Origin: an uncultured Clostridia bacterium
Lineage (GTDB): Bacteria > Bacillota > Clostridia > Christensenellales > Pumilibacteraceae
Length of the DNA stretch: 64,000 nt
Assembly: GCA_947632125.1 (NCBI GenBank)
Contig: CANRNV010000001.1
Location: 288-64,287, forward strand
Direction of reading: 5' to 3'
Position numbers and translations under genes: made by a program
The notes under the pieces: model-generated
The model's database searches: none
Told to the model about the DNA's origin: nothing
Seen by the model: the letters and a program-made list of their open reading frames with translations, nothing else
Shown: piece by piece, positions 1-8,294 of the stretch
Layout of the letters: each line of letters starts with the position of its first letter
How positions within the stretch are numbered: the stretch's first letter is position 1

Positions 1-30
1 GGCGAATCCCCTCAGCCGCCACGGGCGGCA

Positions 31-40
31 CCCCCCCCCC
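31..40. repeat. Homopolymeric C10 tract
   Basis: Ten consecutive C at 31-40. It directly follows a GCCGCC-ACG-GGCGGC hairpin (15-29) and precedes a TTCGTCGC-tgtac-GCGACGAA hairpin (47-67). Confidence 0.9.
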
Positions 41-207
41 TTAGCTTCGTCGCTGTACGCGACGAAAGTCAAAGGGCGCCTTTCTTAAATGTGTCGCTTC
101 GCTCCGATAAAAAAAGACATACTTAATTATGCTACAATTAATAAAGGCGGCATTTCTGTCGCCTATATATAAATTAAGGAAAGGTTACACAAAAAAGGTT
201 TTATTTA

Positions 208-243
208 GCGGCGAGGTTGAAAAGTATTTTTTTACCTCGCCGC
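208..243 (-). terminator. Terminator-like hairpin downstream of dnaA
   Basis: Perfect 10-bp inverted repeat GCGGCGAGGT / ACCTCGCCGC with a 16-nt loop, about 100 nt past the dnaA stop. The following sequence on the minus strand is T-rich (TAAATAAAACCTTTTTT). Confidence 0.5.
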
Positions 244-259
244 AGATAAAAGTTTTTTG

Positions 260-284
260 GTTACTTTTTTTCAAAAAAAGTAAC
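260..284. repeat. Perfect 25-nt AT-rich palindrome
   Basis: GTTACTTTTTTT-C-AAAAAAAGTAAC, with 12-bp arms that are exact reverse complements. Confidence 0.9.
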
Positions 285-308
285 AATAACTCACCCTCGA
301 AAAAGTTG

Positions 309-356
309 CAAAATAACTTATTTTTTATACACCAAAATAACTTATTTTTTATACGC
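309..356. repeat. 24-bp tandem duplication spanning the dnaA stop codon
   Basis: CAAAATAACTTATTTTTTATACAC (309-332) and CAAAATAACTTATTTTTTATACGC (333-356) are 23/24 identical. The second copy contains the last four dnaA codons and the TAA stop. Confidence 0.95.
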
Positions 357-1685
357 CATGTTTTTTACGTTATTGACGTCGTCAATGATTTTTTGCTGAG
401 AAAGGTTTTCCTCTACCTTATTGCGAGCGTACATTATGGTGGTATGGTCGCGTCCGCCGAAGATATTGCCTATCGTGGTGAGCGGGAGTTCCAAAAGTTC
501 GGTAATGACATAAATGCAAATTTGCCTCGGTTCGACAATGTCCCTCGTCTTGCGTTTGCCGAGCAGATCCTCTCTGCGAACGCCGAACACCTTACAAGTG
601 GCGTCGATAATGTCGTCGACAGTAATCTCACCCTCCTCTTTTTGCGAATAGTCTTTGAGCGCTTCGGCGGCGAGTTCGACGCTCGGCATGGTTTCGTTGA
701 GTTGCGAGAGCAGAATGACCTTGTTAAGCAGCCCCTCCATTTCGCGCACATTGCTCGAAATGCGTTCAGCCATAAACGAGAGCACATCCATACTTATATT
801 GTACTTTTGGATTTGAGCCTTTTTGCGAAGAATGGCTATTCGCGTTTCGAGGTCGGGCGGCTGAATGTCGGCGGTGAAGCCCCACTCGAACCTCGTCCTG
901 AGCCTCTCGTCGATGTCGGGGATATTCTTGGGCGGTCGGTCGGAAGTGAACACGAGCTGCTTGTTTGCATCGTAAAGCTCGTTGAAAGTGTGGAAAATCT
1001 CCTCGGCGGTCGCCATCTTGCCCGAAATGAATTGGATATCGTCGACCATAAGCAAGTTGACCGAGCGGTACTTGTCCCTGAACGAGGAGCCGCTGCCGCG
1101 CTGACCGAGGCACTTGACAAGTTCGTTGACGAACTTCTCGCTGCTTACGAGCAAGACTTTAAGTCGGGGGTGCGAGGTGCGTACGGCATTGCCTATCGCG
1201 TGCATAAGGTGAGTTTTCCCCAGCCCGGCTCCTCCGTAAATAAAGAGCGGGTTGTAGCGCATCCCGGGCTCTTCGGCAACCGCACGAGCGGCGGCGACGG
1301 CAAGCTGATTGGACTTGCCCACGACGAAGTTCTCGAAGTTGTACTTGGGATTAATATTCATCGGCTCCGCAGTCGTGACGATGGGTTCTTCCTTGATCTC
1401 GTAAGTTTCGGCTTGCTCGGCGAACTTCTCCTTTTCGTCTTTGCTGATTATGTCGACATCGGTAAGGAGTGAATTGACACGCTTCATAGCCGCCTTAATG
1501 AGCGGTAAATAACGCTCGTTAACGGTGTTTTTGCCCCATTCGGTAGCCGCCATAAGAATAAGCTTGCCGTCGCGCACTTCGAACGGCTCGATCGTCTTTA
1601 TCCAAACGTCGTAGCTTAAAATACTAAGCTCGGTTTCGAGAAGCGGCAACATCTGTTCCCAAACCTGCTTTGCTTCGTTTGTCAT
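342..1685 (-). CDS. dnaA: Chromosomal replication initiator protein DnaA
   Basis: 447 aa. Walker A GGAGLGKTHL, Walker B LLMVDDIQF, C-terminal DNA-binding helix region GGRDHTTIMYA. GGGAGGG SD lies upstream of ATG 1685. Confidence 0.97.
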   Translation of the reverse strand: MTNEAKQVWEQMLPLLETELSILSYDVWIKTIEPFEVRDGKLILMAATEWGKNTVNERYLPLIKAAMKRVNSLLTDVDIISKDEKEKFAEQAETYEIKEEPIVTTAEPMNINPKYNFENFVVGKSNQLAVAAARAVAEEPGMRYNPLFIYGGAGLGKTHLMHAIGNAVRTSHPRLKVLLVSSEKFVNELVKCLGQRGSGSSFRDKYRSVNLLMVDDIQFISGKMATAEEIFHTFNELYDANKQLVFTSDRPPKNIPDIDERLRTRFEWGFTADIQPPDLETRIAILRKKAQIQKYNISMDVLSFMAERISSNVREMEGLLNKVILLSQLNETMPSVELAAEALKDYSQKEEGEITVDDIIDATCKVFGVRREDLLGKRKTRDIVEPRQICIYVITELLELPLTTIGNIFGGRDHTTIMYARNKVEENLSQQKIIDDVNNVKNMAYKK

Positions 1686-1697
1686 AATACCCTCCCA

Positions 1698-2276
1698 TTA
1701 AATGCGATTATCTATATCCTTGAACGTAAACAATATAAGCTTGTTGAGCAGTTCGCTCAATTTACTTCGTTCGTAGCCGCTTTTAAGCAGCGAAAACAGC
1801 GTTGCGACAAAGCTTTTGCTGATTATATCCACAAATTCCAACCGATCCTCGTCGGGCGGAGCTTTCATGTAAAAGACTATCATCTTGCTTACCATGGACA
1901 CCAGCTTGTCCGTAAAGTCGGCGTACGGCGTATCTTCGCACCCGTACGCAAGAATAAGTATCTCGGCTCCGCACCTGTCGAACAGTTCGAGCGCGCTCGC
2001 CGCAAGCACGGGTGTCACTTCCTCGAAAGAAATCTTTTGCGAGATAAACAGCTTGGCAAGCTTGTCGACGGTGCTCGGAACCTCGTCGTAAACGGGTCCG
2101 ACAATCGTGCTCAACAACCCCATCTTGCCGTCGAAATAGCGATATAAATTGCCCACGGGGACTTTCGCTCGGTCGGCGATCGACCTTATTTTGCCGCACC
2201 GAAAGCCGTTTTTGAGAAATTCCGCCTTGCCCATTTCCAAAATGTTGTTGCGAACGTTTTCCTTTTTATATTGCAT
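1698..2276 (-). CDS. TetR/AcrR family transcriptional regulator
   Basis: 192 aa with an N-terminal TetR-type HTH (IRSIADRAKVPVGNLYRYF). The stop is only 12 nt from the dnaA start. Confidence 0.85.
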   Translation of the reverse strand: MQYKKENVRNNILEMGKAEFLKNGFRCGKIRSIADRAKVPVGNLYRYFDGKMGLLSTIVGPVYDEVPSTVDKLAKLFISQKISFEEVTPVLAASALELFDRCGAEILILAYGCEDTPYADFTDKLVSMVSKMIVFYMKAPPDEDRLEFVDIISKSFVATLFSLLKSGYERSKLSELLNKLILFTFKDIDNRI

Positions 2277-3078
2277 CTCCCTCTCCTTTGACTACCGTTG
2301 CGTAAATTTCCGACTTTGCAACGCCCCTGTCGGATGCGACCTTTTTTATCGCCTCTTTTTTGCTTAGCCCCTTTTGCAAATAGCCGTTGTAGTGCTCCAT
2401 TACGCTAAGCGAGGTATTTCCCCTCTCATTCGCCCCCTCGACGACCAATACGAACTCGCCCTTTTCGGTAAATTCCGCCTCTTCGCCGAGCGTAAACGTG
2501 ACGACTTGCTCGTAGATCTTGCTTATCTCCCTTACCACCGAGATCTTTCGACCGCCAAGCGCATCGTAAAGATAGCCTATATCCTTTTTTACGTTATGGA
2601 CCGAACTGTAAAATATGAGAGTGTTAGGAACGGAAGCGTAAGAGGCGAGCAGCTTTTCCCGCTCCGACTTCTTCTCGGGCAAAAAGCCGAGCATGGTGAA
2701 CCTCGAACAGTCCAGACCCGAAAGTATGAGCGCGTCGATCGCGGCGCACGGTCCGCCTATCACCGTGTATTCCAACCCCTTTTCTCTGAGCAGCCCGGTA
2801 AGGATCTGCCCGGGATCGCTTATAAGCGGCATTCCGGCGTCCGAAACGAGGGCGACGTCCTTTCCGTCGGTCAATAGTCCTATCAGCTTGTCCGAACTTG
2901 CTCGCTCGTTGAACTTTTGATAGCTTATCATCGGCTTCTTTATGCCGTACTCGTTCAACAATACAGCCGTGCGCCTCGTGTCCTCGGCGGCGATGAGGTC
3001 GACCGAGCCGAGAACCTCGACGGCTCGAAAAGTGATCTCTTTCAAATTGCCTATGGGCGTGCCCACTATGTACAGCAT
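2266..3078 (-). CDS. rsmI: 16S rRNA (cytidine1402-2'-O)-methyltransferase RsmI
   Basis: N-terminus MLYIVGTPIGNLKEITFRAVEVL...AAEDTR is typical of RsmI/YabC. ATG 3078 shares one nt with the upstream stop (TGATG). The longer track ORF (to 3222) is an Arg/Gly-rich extension overlapping the upstream gene. Confidence 0.9.
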   Translation of the reverse strand: MLYIVGTPIGNLKEITFRAVEVLGSVDLIAAEDTRRTAVLLNEYGIKKPMISYQKFNERASSDKLIGLLTDGKDVALVSDAGMPLISDPGQILTGLLREKGLEYTVIGGPCAAIDALILSGLDCSRFTMLGFLPEKKSEREKLLASYASVPNTLIFYSSVHNVKKDIGYLYDALGGRKISVVREISKIYEQVVTFTLGEEAEFTEKGEFVLVVEGANERGNTSLSVMEHYNGYLQKGLSKKEAIKKVASDRGVAKSEIYATVVKGEGDAI

Positions 3079-3752
3079 CAATCCACCTCCACCTTTACGG
3101 GTCGCTCCCGCTCGACCACGAGCCCCACCGCAGCGTCCTTTATGCATTTGACCATAAACAGGTGCGGCTTTTTGACGTCGTTGGGAGTGAGAATTTGCAG
3201 CTTCTTCGGTTCCAGCCCGCACGAAGAAAAGAGGTTAAGCGCCTCGGAAAGCCGCTCGATTTGCCCGATGGAAAAAAATTTTCCGCCCGTGCCGAGCAGA
3301 TATGCCGCCGCTTCGGCGACCTCTTTAAGCGTTACGGCGACCTCGTGCCGAGCAATGGCGATCGCCTCGTTTTGCTGCCTCATTCCGCTCTTTAACCTGC
3401 GGTACGGCGGGTTGCATACGACGATTGAAGCGCACCCCTTAGCCAAATACCTCGATATATCTTGCATGGGCGCGGTAATAACGTCGGCGTTATCGAGGTG
3501 ATTTAGCAATATGTTGCGCCTGCAAACGTCGGCAAGCGCAGACTGAATTTCGACTGCCGTGGTGCGGATACGGCGTTTGCCCGCAAGGAGCACGGTGATT
3601 ATCCCCGTGCCGCTCCCGAGATCGACGGCGTAGTCCTTGGGTCCGCCCTCGACAAAGTTGGCAAGCTCCACACCGTCGCAGCCGAAGCGGAACGCGTCCT
3701 GCTTTTGAATGAACGTAAGCCCGTTGCCGAGCGAAACTTCGGTTTCAGTCAA
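3078..3752 (-). CDS. SAM-dependent N6-adenine methyltransferase, TrmN6/YabB-like (tRNA1(Val) m6A37 family)
   Basis: SAM motif DLGSGTGI and NPPY motif (VVCNPPYRR). The yabB-rsmI-type synteny is known from Bacillus. I prefer TTG 3752, preceded by GGAGG at 6 nt, over the track start TTG 3803, which overlaps hpt by 59 nt. Confidence 0.8.
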   Translation of the reverse strand: MTETEVSLGNGLTFIQKQDAFRFGCDGVELANFVEGGPKDYAVDLGSGTGIITVLLAGKRRIRTTAVEIQSALADVCRRNILLNHLDNADVITAPMQDISRYLAKGCASIVVCNPPYRRLKSGMRQQNEAIAIARHEVAVTLKEVAEAAAYLLGTGGKFFSIGQIERLSEALNLFSSCGLEPKKLQILTPNDVKKPHLFMVKCIKDAAVGLVVERERPVKVEVD

Positions 3753-4257
3753 AGCGCACCTCCTCGACGTGATCGAGGCAACGAAATTGCTCGTCGTAAT
3801 CAAGCCCGAAACCCACGATGAAATTGTCGTTTTTAAGCGAAAAGGCGCAGTAATCGGGGGTAACTTTTGTCTTTTGAGAAAGCGGCTTATTGAATAAGCA
3901 CGCCACCTTGACGCTGCGCGCCCCTCTTCCCGACAAAAGTTTTGTCAAATAGCTTACCGTCGCTCCGCTGTCGATTATGTCCTCGACCAAAAGGATGTCC
4001 TTGCCCGCAACGTCCTCATTGAGGTCGAGCAAAAGTTTGAGCGTGCCCGCCTTATTGCCGTTGTAGCTGCTCACGCGGACGAAGTCCACTCTTACGTCGC
4101 CGTCCATTCGCTTTACGAGTTCGGAAAAGAACATAAAAGCCCCTTTAAGCACGCATACGCACAAAAGCCCGTCGCCGTAATCGGCGCTTATCTCTTTTGC
4201 AAGACCTTCGATCGCCTTTATTATTTGCTCGTGGGTATACAAAACGCTTCGCTTCAT
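3745..4257 (-). CDS. hpt: Hypoxanthine phosphoribosyltransferase
   Basis: PRPP-binding motif ILLVEDIIDSGATVS. ATG 4257 (MKRSVLY) forms an ATGA overlap with the tilS stop. tilS-hpt synteny is classical in Firmicutes. Confidence 0.93.
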   Translation of the reverse strand: MKRSVLYTHEQIIKAIEGLAKEISADYGDGLLCVCVLKGAFMFFSELVKRMDGDVRVDFVRVSSYNGNKAGTLKLLLDLNEDVAGKDILLVEDIIDSGATVSYLTKLLSGRGARSVKVACLFNKPLSQKTKVTPDYCAFSLKNDNFIVGFGLDYDEQFRCLDHVEEVRFD

Positions 4258-5525
4258 AGTTCCTCCGCCGTGAGTTTGTAAGCCGCCTCGGTGCGATCGG
4301 TGATTTTGACGCTGTCGCTTATCTCGACGCCCACTATTGCCAAAACGGTACTGCCTCGGCACAGCAAAACGAGCGAATCCCTTACTCGCCTCGGGATCTT
4401 CTTGTCGATAAGATACTTTTTAAGGCTCTTTTTGTGTCCGCCGAACGGGGTAAACTCGTCCCCCTCGCGCCTGAAACGGAACACGGCTCCCTCGGGCACG
4501 CAGCCGATTATCGTTTGACCTCTTTGCCAAACGGGCTTTACCTCTTCGACGCTTACAATAAAGCCGCCCACCGTCACCTTGCCGAGCGAAAACGGCACGC
4601 AGTCGCGGGCACGCTCCTCCCTATGGCAGAATGTGATCTTGTCGTACTCTCGGTACGCTTTAAGCCCACCGGCAAGTTCCGCCACCTTTCCGTTTTCGCT
4701 GCCGAGAAGAGAGAGGACGTTTTCGATCTGCGCCCTCGTTATGTCTACGGGCATAAGTTGCTTGGCGGCGCAAGCGACATACCTCGCTTTAAGCGGCGTC
4801 GACAGCGCCTCGAGCGAAAGATAAACGATGTCCCCCTCGCGTTTTATCAAACTACGGTCCATCGTTTCGTCGAGGGCGTGTATGGTTTCGGCGGCGTTCT
4901 CGGCAAGGCGATTGAGCGTTTCTATGACGGCGGGATACCTCGTTTTTACAAGCGGCAAAACCTCGTGACGGATAAAGTTGCGAGTGTACCTAACGTCGGA
5001 GTTGGTTTCGTCCTCGACATAAGTTATGCCGTTATTCCGAGCGTAGGCTTCGATCTGCTCCCTCGTAAACGAAAGCAGCGGGCGAAGCACCTTTTCGCTT
5101 TCGGTAATGCCCCTGAGCCCGTCCAAGCCGCTCCCCCTGAAAATATGCATGAGCACGGTTTCGGCGTTGTCGTCGGCGTGATGAGCAAAAGCTCCGACCG
5201 TAGCCAAGCCGCTTTCGAGCACCGATTTCAACACTTCGCGCCGAGCAAGACGAGCCTCGGTTTCGATGCTTCTGCCGCTCTTAAACGCGAGTGCGGGAAT
5301 GTCAAACTCGTAGCAATAAAAAGGCAAGCCCAATCTCTTTGCCGATGCACGCACGAACTCGCTGTCCCTATCCGCCTCGGCGCGGATATGGTGATTGACG
5401 TGCACCACGATAAGATTTGCGCCTCCCTTAACGAGCATATCGAGCATGACCATGGAGTCCTGCCCGCCGCTCACAAATGCGGCTATCGTGCCTGAAAAAT
5501 TCGTATAATCCCACACGGATAGCAT
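4254..5525 (-). CDS. tilS: tRNA(Ile)-lysidine synthase TilS
   Basis: PP-loop motif AAFVSGGQDSMV followed by a TilS substrate-binding C-terminal region. The start is uncertain: ATG 5525, GTG 5516, or the track's TTG 5555, which is itself a -35-like TTGACT. Confidence 0.88.
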   Translation of the reverse strand: MLSVWDYTNFSGTIAAFVSGGQDSMVMLDMLVKGGANLIVVHVNHHIRAEADRDSEFVRASAKRLGLPFYCYEFDIPALAFKSGRSIETEARLARREVLKSVLESGLATVGAFAHHADDNAETVLMHIFRGSGLDGLRGITESEKVLRPLLSFTREQIEAYARNNGITYVEDETNSDVRYTRNFIRHEVLPLVKTRYPAVIETLNRLAENAAETIHALDETMDRSLIKREGDIVYLSLEALSTPLKARYVACAAKQLMPVDITRAQIENVLSLLGSENGKVAELAGGLKAYREYDKITFCHREERARDCVPFSLGKVTVGGFIVSVEEVKPVWQRGQTIIGCVPEGAVFRFRREGDEFTPFGGHKKSLKKYLIDKKIPRRVRDSLVLLCRGSTVLAIVGVEISDSVKITDRTEAAYKLTAEEL

Positions 5526-5552
5526 TATACACAAAAACGAATAAAAAGTCAA
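5524..5552 (-). promoter_or_regulatory. Sigma-A-type promoter TTGACT-17-TATAAT at the 5' end of tilS
   Basis: Minus strand TTGACT (5552-5547), 17-nt spacer, TATAAT (5529-5524). It sits just downstream of the hairpin at 5560-5576. Confidence 0.5.
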
Positions 5553-5559
5553 CAATTAA

Positions 5560-5576
5560 AAGCGGATTTTCCGCTT
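5560..5576 (-). terminator. Small hairpin after the DUF1113 membrane protein gene
   Basis: AAGCGGA-TTT-TCCGCTT, followed on the minus strand by TTTAATTG. The stem is short, so this is a weak terminator call. Confidence 0.35.
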
Positions 5577-5583
5577 GGGCGTC

Positions 5584-6342
5584 TTATTTTTGCTCGTCGC
5601 CGTGATCTTCGCCGTCTTTGCGATTTTTCTTTTCGGAAGAAGTAAAGTTGTTTTTTACCGCGATTATGCGCTCTTTGAGCGAGTCGAGGTGCTTAAACGG
5701 AAAGACAAAGCCGGGATGTTTGTCCTTTACCTCGACGAACTTTTCGTAAATGGTTTCTTTGAGCTTTTCGAAGTTGACTACGACTTTATGCTCCGCGGCG
5801 AACTTCCTCAGCTTTGCGGTGATGTTGAGCGAGTGGCACAGGTCGACGAGGAACACTCCCGTAATAATTCCCACAACAAAGGCGAACTCCATGTGATTTA
5901 CAAACCAGGAAATCATTTCTATCACCTTTTCGTCGATAACGAAGTAGAAAAACGCGCCGACGAGCAGCCAAAAAAACGAAAACAGCGGGCAAATTATTCC
6001 CTGAATGTTGCCCCACCTGTCGGAATAATCCCACAGGCGGATCTTCATCCCCTTGATAAAAATAAGACCGGCTATGTATTCGATAACGGTCATGACCACG
6101 CCCATTATCAAAATGATGATTATTGCGTCGAGCCATGCCCTACCCGTATTTACGGGCAAAAGCGAAATGGCGTACAGTCCGACCGTTCCGAAGCCGTAAA
6201 GAGGCAAGTACGGTCCCGTCAAAAAGCCGGGATTTATCCACTTTTTGGCTGTGAAAAATCTGCGGAAGAGCACCTCGATACACCATCCCAGCACACTTCC
6301 GACGAAGAACAGGAACACTCCCACCAACAAAGCTTTGAGCAT
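5584..6342 (-). CDS. Multi-pass membrane protein, 'putative ABC-transporter type IV' (DUF1113/CmpB-like) family
   Basis: 252 aa. The family-typical motifs GWCIEVLF and NPGFLTGPYLPLYGFG are recalled from the Pfam family. Several TM helices. Confidence 0.65.
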   Translation of the reverse strand: MLKALLVGVFLFFVGSVLGWCIEVLFRRFFTAKKWINPGFLTGPYLPLYGFGTVGLYAISLLPVNTGRAWLDAIIIILIMGVVMTVIEYIAGLIFIKGMKIRLWDYSDRWGNIQGIICPLFSFFWLLVGAFFYFVIDEKVIEMISWFVNHMEFAFVVGIITGVFLVDLCHSLNITAKLRKFAAEHKVVVNFEKLKETIYEKFVEVKDKHPGFVFPFKHLDSLKERIIAVKNNFTSSEKKNRKDGEDHGDEQK

Positions 6343-6423
6343 AAAAAACCTCTTATCGTAACGCGATTATTTGATAAAAATCAACTCGCCGTATGTCGAA
6401 ATACAAGGCGAGCCGAGTAATTT

Positions 6424-7059
6424 TCAGTTGTCGATTTGAGCAGCCGTTTCGCGGTAATTGTTGTCGACCATGCCGTTTTTGGAAAAGATGAACTTTACTA
6501 TCGGAATCAAAGCCGCCGATCCGCAGCCTATTGCGACAATAGGTATATTCATTATGCCGAGCGTGGTGCAAGCGGCGATAAGGAAGAGTATGTACACGAC
6601 CACGCTCCTTTTGGCGCCGTTCTTTATTATTCTCAGCGCGGTAAATAAGACGAACAGCGTAAACAGAATGATGATGGGAATGTACGTTACGGGAATAAGC
6701 CCGAGCATTATTCCGAACGACGTCGAGATACACTTGCCGCCGTGGAAGTGATTGAACATCCCTATCGCATGACCCAACATGGGCGCAAGCATGACAAGCA
6801 CGAAGGCAAAGTTCGATGCATCCATGGTAAGGCTTGCTATAAGCACGGGAACGAGCCCCTTAAATCCGTCGAGGAATATGCACAAAACGCCTATCGGCAA
6901 ACCGCAGTGCTTGCACGCGTTAAAGCCGCCCGGGTTGTTGTCGACGCTGAGCTTGTATATGTCCTTTTTAAGTAGCAACTTGGGGATCCATTGGCTGAAC
7001 ATGACGCTGCCGAACAAGAACCCTCCGACTATAAGTAACGTCCAATATAACAGTTCCAT
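6424..7059 (-). CDS. plsY: Acyl-phosphate:glycerol-3-phosphate acyltransferase PlsY family
   Basis: 211 aa polytopic membrane protein. DNNPGGFNA resembles the GSGNxGxTN motif, FLDGFKG resembles the D..KG motif, and FHGGKCISTSFG resembles FxGGKGVAT. Confidence 0.75.
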   Translation of the reverse strand: MELLYWTLLIVGGFLFGSVMFSQWIPKLLLKKDIYKLSVDNNPGGFNACKHCGLPIGVLCIFLDGFKGLVPVLIASLTMDASNFAFVLVMLAPMLGHAIGMFNHFHGGKCISTSFGIMLGLIPVTYIPIIILFTLFVLFTALRIIKNGAKRSVVVYILFLIAACTTLGIMNIPIVAIGCGSAALIPIVKFIFSKNGMVDNNYRETAAQIDN

Positions 7060-7063
7060 ATCG

Positions 7064-8236
7064 CTACTCCTTTACCACAACCCTATCGGATCGTTTTTCG
7101 TTATGTTTAAGGGCGACTTCGTCGATCATTTCGCCCATAAGCTTCATACACTCTTCCTGCCTGTAAACAAACTTGCTTTGAAGATATCTGCTCTCGTACG
7201 CCTTCTTTTCGTCGTCATGCTCTATCCAATAGTCGATGACCTTGGCGAGGTCCTTGGCGTTTTTATGCTTAAACACGCATTTTTCGTCGACGGCAAAGTC
7301 CTTTGTCGCGCTGCCGACCGAATCCGAAACTATGGTCATTTTGCCGCAGGCTATGCTTTCGAGGCAGGCTATGCCTTCGAGTTCATAGACGGCGGGATGA
7401 ACGTACAGATCGCAATAGTTGAGCACGTTTACTATCTCATCTCGGGCAAAGAACTTAAACTCGGTGTCCACGCCCGTCTTTAAGGCGAGCTTTTTGAACT
7501 TTTTGTCTTTGGGTCCCTGACCGGCAAGAATGAGCTTGATTTTGTCCTTGTAAGCCGAGTGTGCGACCGCCTTGATGAGGGTGTCCTGTGACTTTTCCAC
7601 CGAGTATCTGCCCGTGGACAATATGACGATTTTGTCCCTTAACTCGGCGGGCTTGTCTACATCTTTTTTTTCGATATAGGAATGAACGCCGTTGGATATG
7701 ACATAGCCCGGGGTTTGCTTTTTGATACGGCTTTCGAACGTGTCCCTTATGAACTTGGTGGGATAGTGGATGCCGTCGCAATATCGATAGCAATGCTTAT
7801 ATATATACTTGTACACAAATGTGTTTATGGGTTTGATCTTATGCAATTTGAGATAGCCCGTGAGATTTTCCGCTTGCATATGAAAGCCCGCCGTCACGGG
7901 CAAGTTCATCTTGTGCGCTATTTTCGCCGAGGCAAGTCCCAGCCCGAGCGGAACGATTATATGGACGAAATCGGCGCCCGTCAAAGCCTCGACGATCACT
8001 TTCTTGTCCGCCTTTGCAAGTTGGACGCCCACCTTGCTTACGAACCTATCGAGCGTTTTACCGAAGCTCTGAGGCGGAACGACGTAGTAATTTTCCTGCC
8101 CGATTTTGCTTTGATCGGCGCACAGTATGCGTACGGTATGTCCCTCGGATTTAAGGTAGCGGATGAGGTTCAACATGACAACGGCGACACCGTTGTTTTC
8201 CACACCCAATATATCACATACTACGGTAATTATCAT
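7064..8236 (-). CDS. Glycosyltransferase family 4 (GT-B); possible diacylglycerol glycosyltransferase
   Basis: 390 aa with the EX7E motif ELEGIACLE in the C-terminal Rossmann half. Its position directly upstream of plsY suggests a glycolipid role, which is inference only. Confidence 0.7.
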   Translation of the reverse strand: MIITVVCDILGVENNGVAVVMLNLIRYLKSEGHTVRILCADQSKIGQENYYVVPPQSFGKTLDRFVSKVGVQLAKADKKVIVEALTGADFVHIIVPLGLGLASAKIAHKMNLPVTAGFHMQAENLTGYLKLHKIKPINTFVYKYIYKHCYRYCDGIHYPTKFIRDTFESRIKKQTPGYVISNGVHSYIEKKDVDKPAELRDKIVILSTGRYSVEKSQDTLIKAVAHSAYKDKIKLILAGQGPKDKKFKKLALKTGVDTEFKFFARDEIVNVLNYCDLYVHPAVYELEGIACLESIACGKMTIVSDSVGSATKDFAVDEKCVFKHKNAKDLAKVIDYWIEHDDEKKAYESRYLQSKFVYRQEECMKLMGEMIDEVALKHNEKRSDRVVVKE

Positions 8237-8294
8237 AAGTAACTTTCCTCAATGTCGTTATTGTAATTGCGTCGCATAAAAAATACGTCAATTT

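Noticed and set aside
1-45. Possible 3' end of a tRNA or tmRNA (GGCGAATCCCCTCAGCCGCCA resembles a T-arm plus acceptor).
   Set aside because: The T-loop would read GGCGAAT instead of the near-invariant TTCGAAT/TTCAAAT. No CCA follows, and the 5' part is outside the window. The evidence is insufficient.
100-341. Calling the AT-rich region downstream of dnaA an oriC.
   Set aside because: There are only two weak DnaA-box-like sequences, both inside a duplication, and there is no box cluster. The strand bias of the window argues against an origin here. It is reported only as a structured region worth testing.
309-356. CRISPR or other arrays from the tandem or direct repeats (309-356, 11164-11247, 13012-13077, 51366-51439).
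   Set aside because: There are only two or three copies, no regular repeat-spacer periodicity in the 28-37 nt plus spacer range, no cas genes, and one repeat lies inside a coding region.
129-1472. Long plus-strand ORF (447 aa) antisense to dnaA. Similar long antisense ORFs occur at 12355-13539, 16762-18993, 41098-42471 and 44424-46214, among others.
   Set aside because: Each is a mirror of a well-supported gene on the other strand. Their translations are Arg/His/Gly/Val-rich with no recognisable motifs and no SD sites. These are typical shadow ORFs in moderately GC-rich DNA.
2266-3222. N-terminally extended ORFs in the track: rsmI to 3222, hpt to 4362, MBL hydrolase to 39156, murG from 52679, lipoprotein to 15051, ispE to 56388, FmdB to 39766, nitroreductase to 39563, ABC ATPase to 29007.
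   Set aside because: The extensions overlap the upstream gene or a promoter. They often begin at TTG or GTG, encode low-complexity basic peptides, and an internal ATG with a GGAGG-type SD aligns with the family N-terminus.
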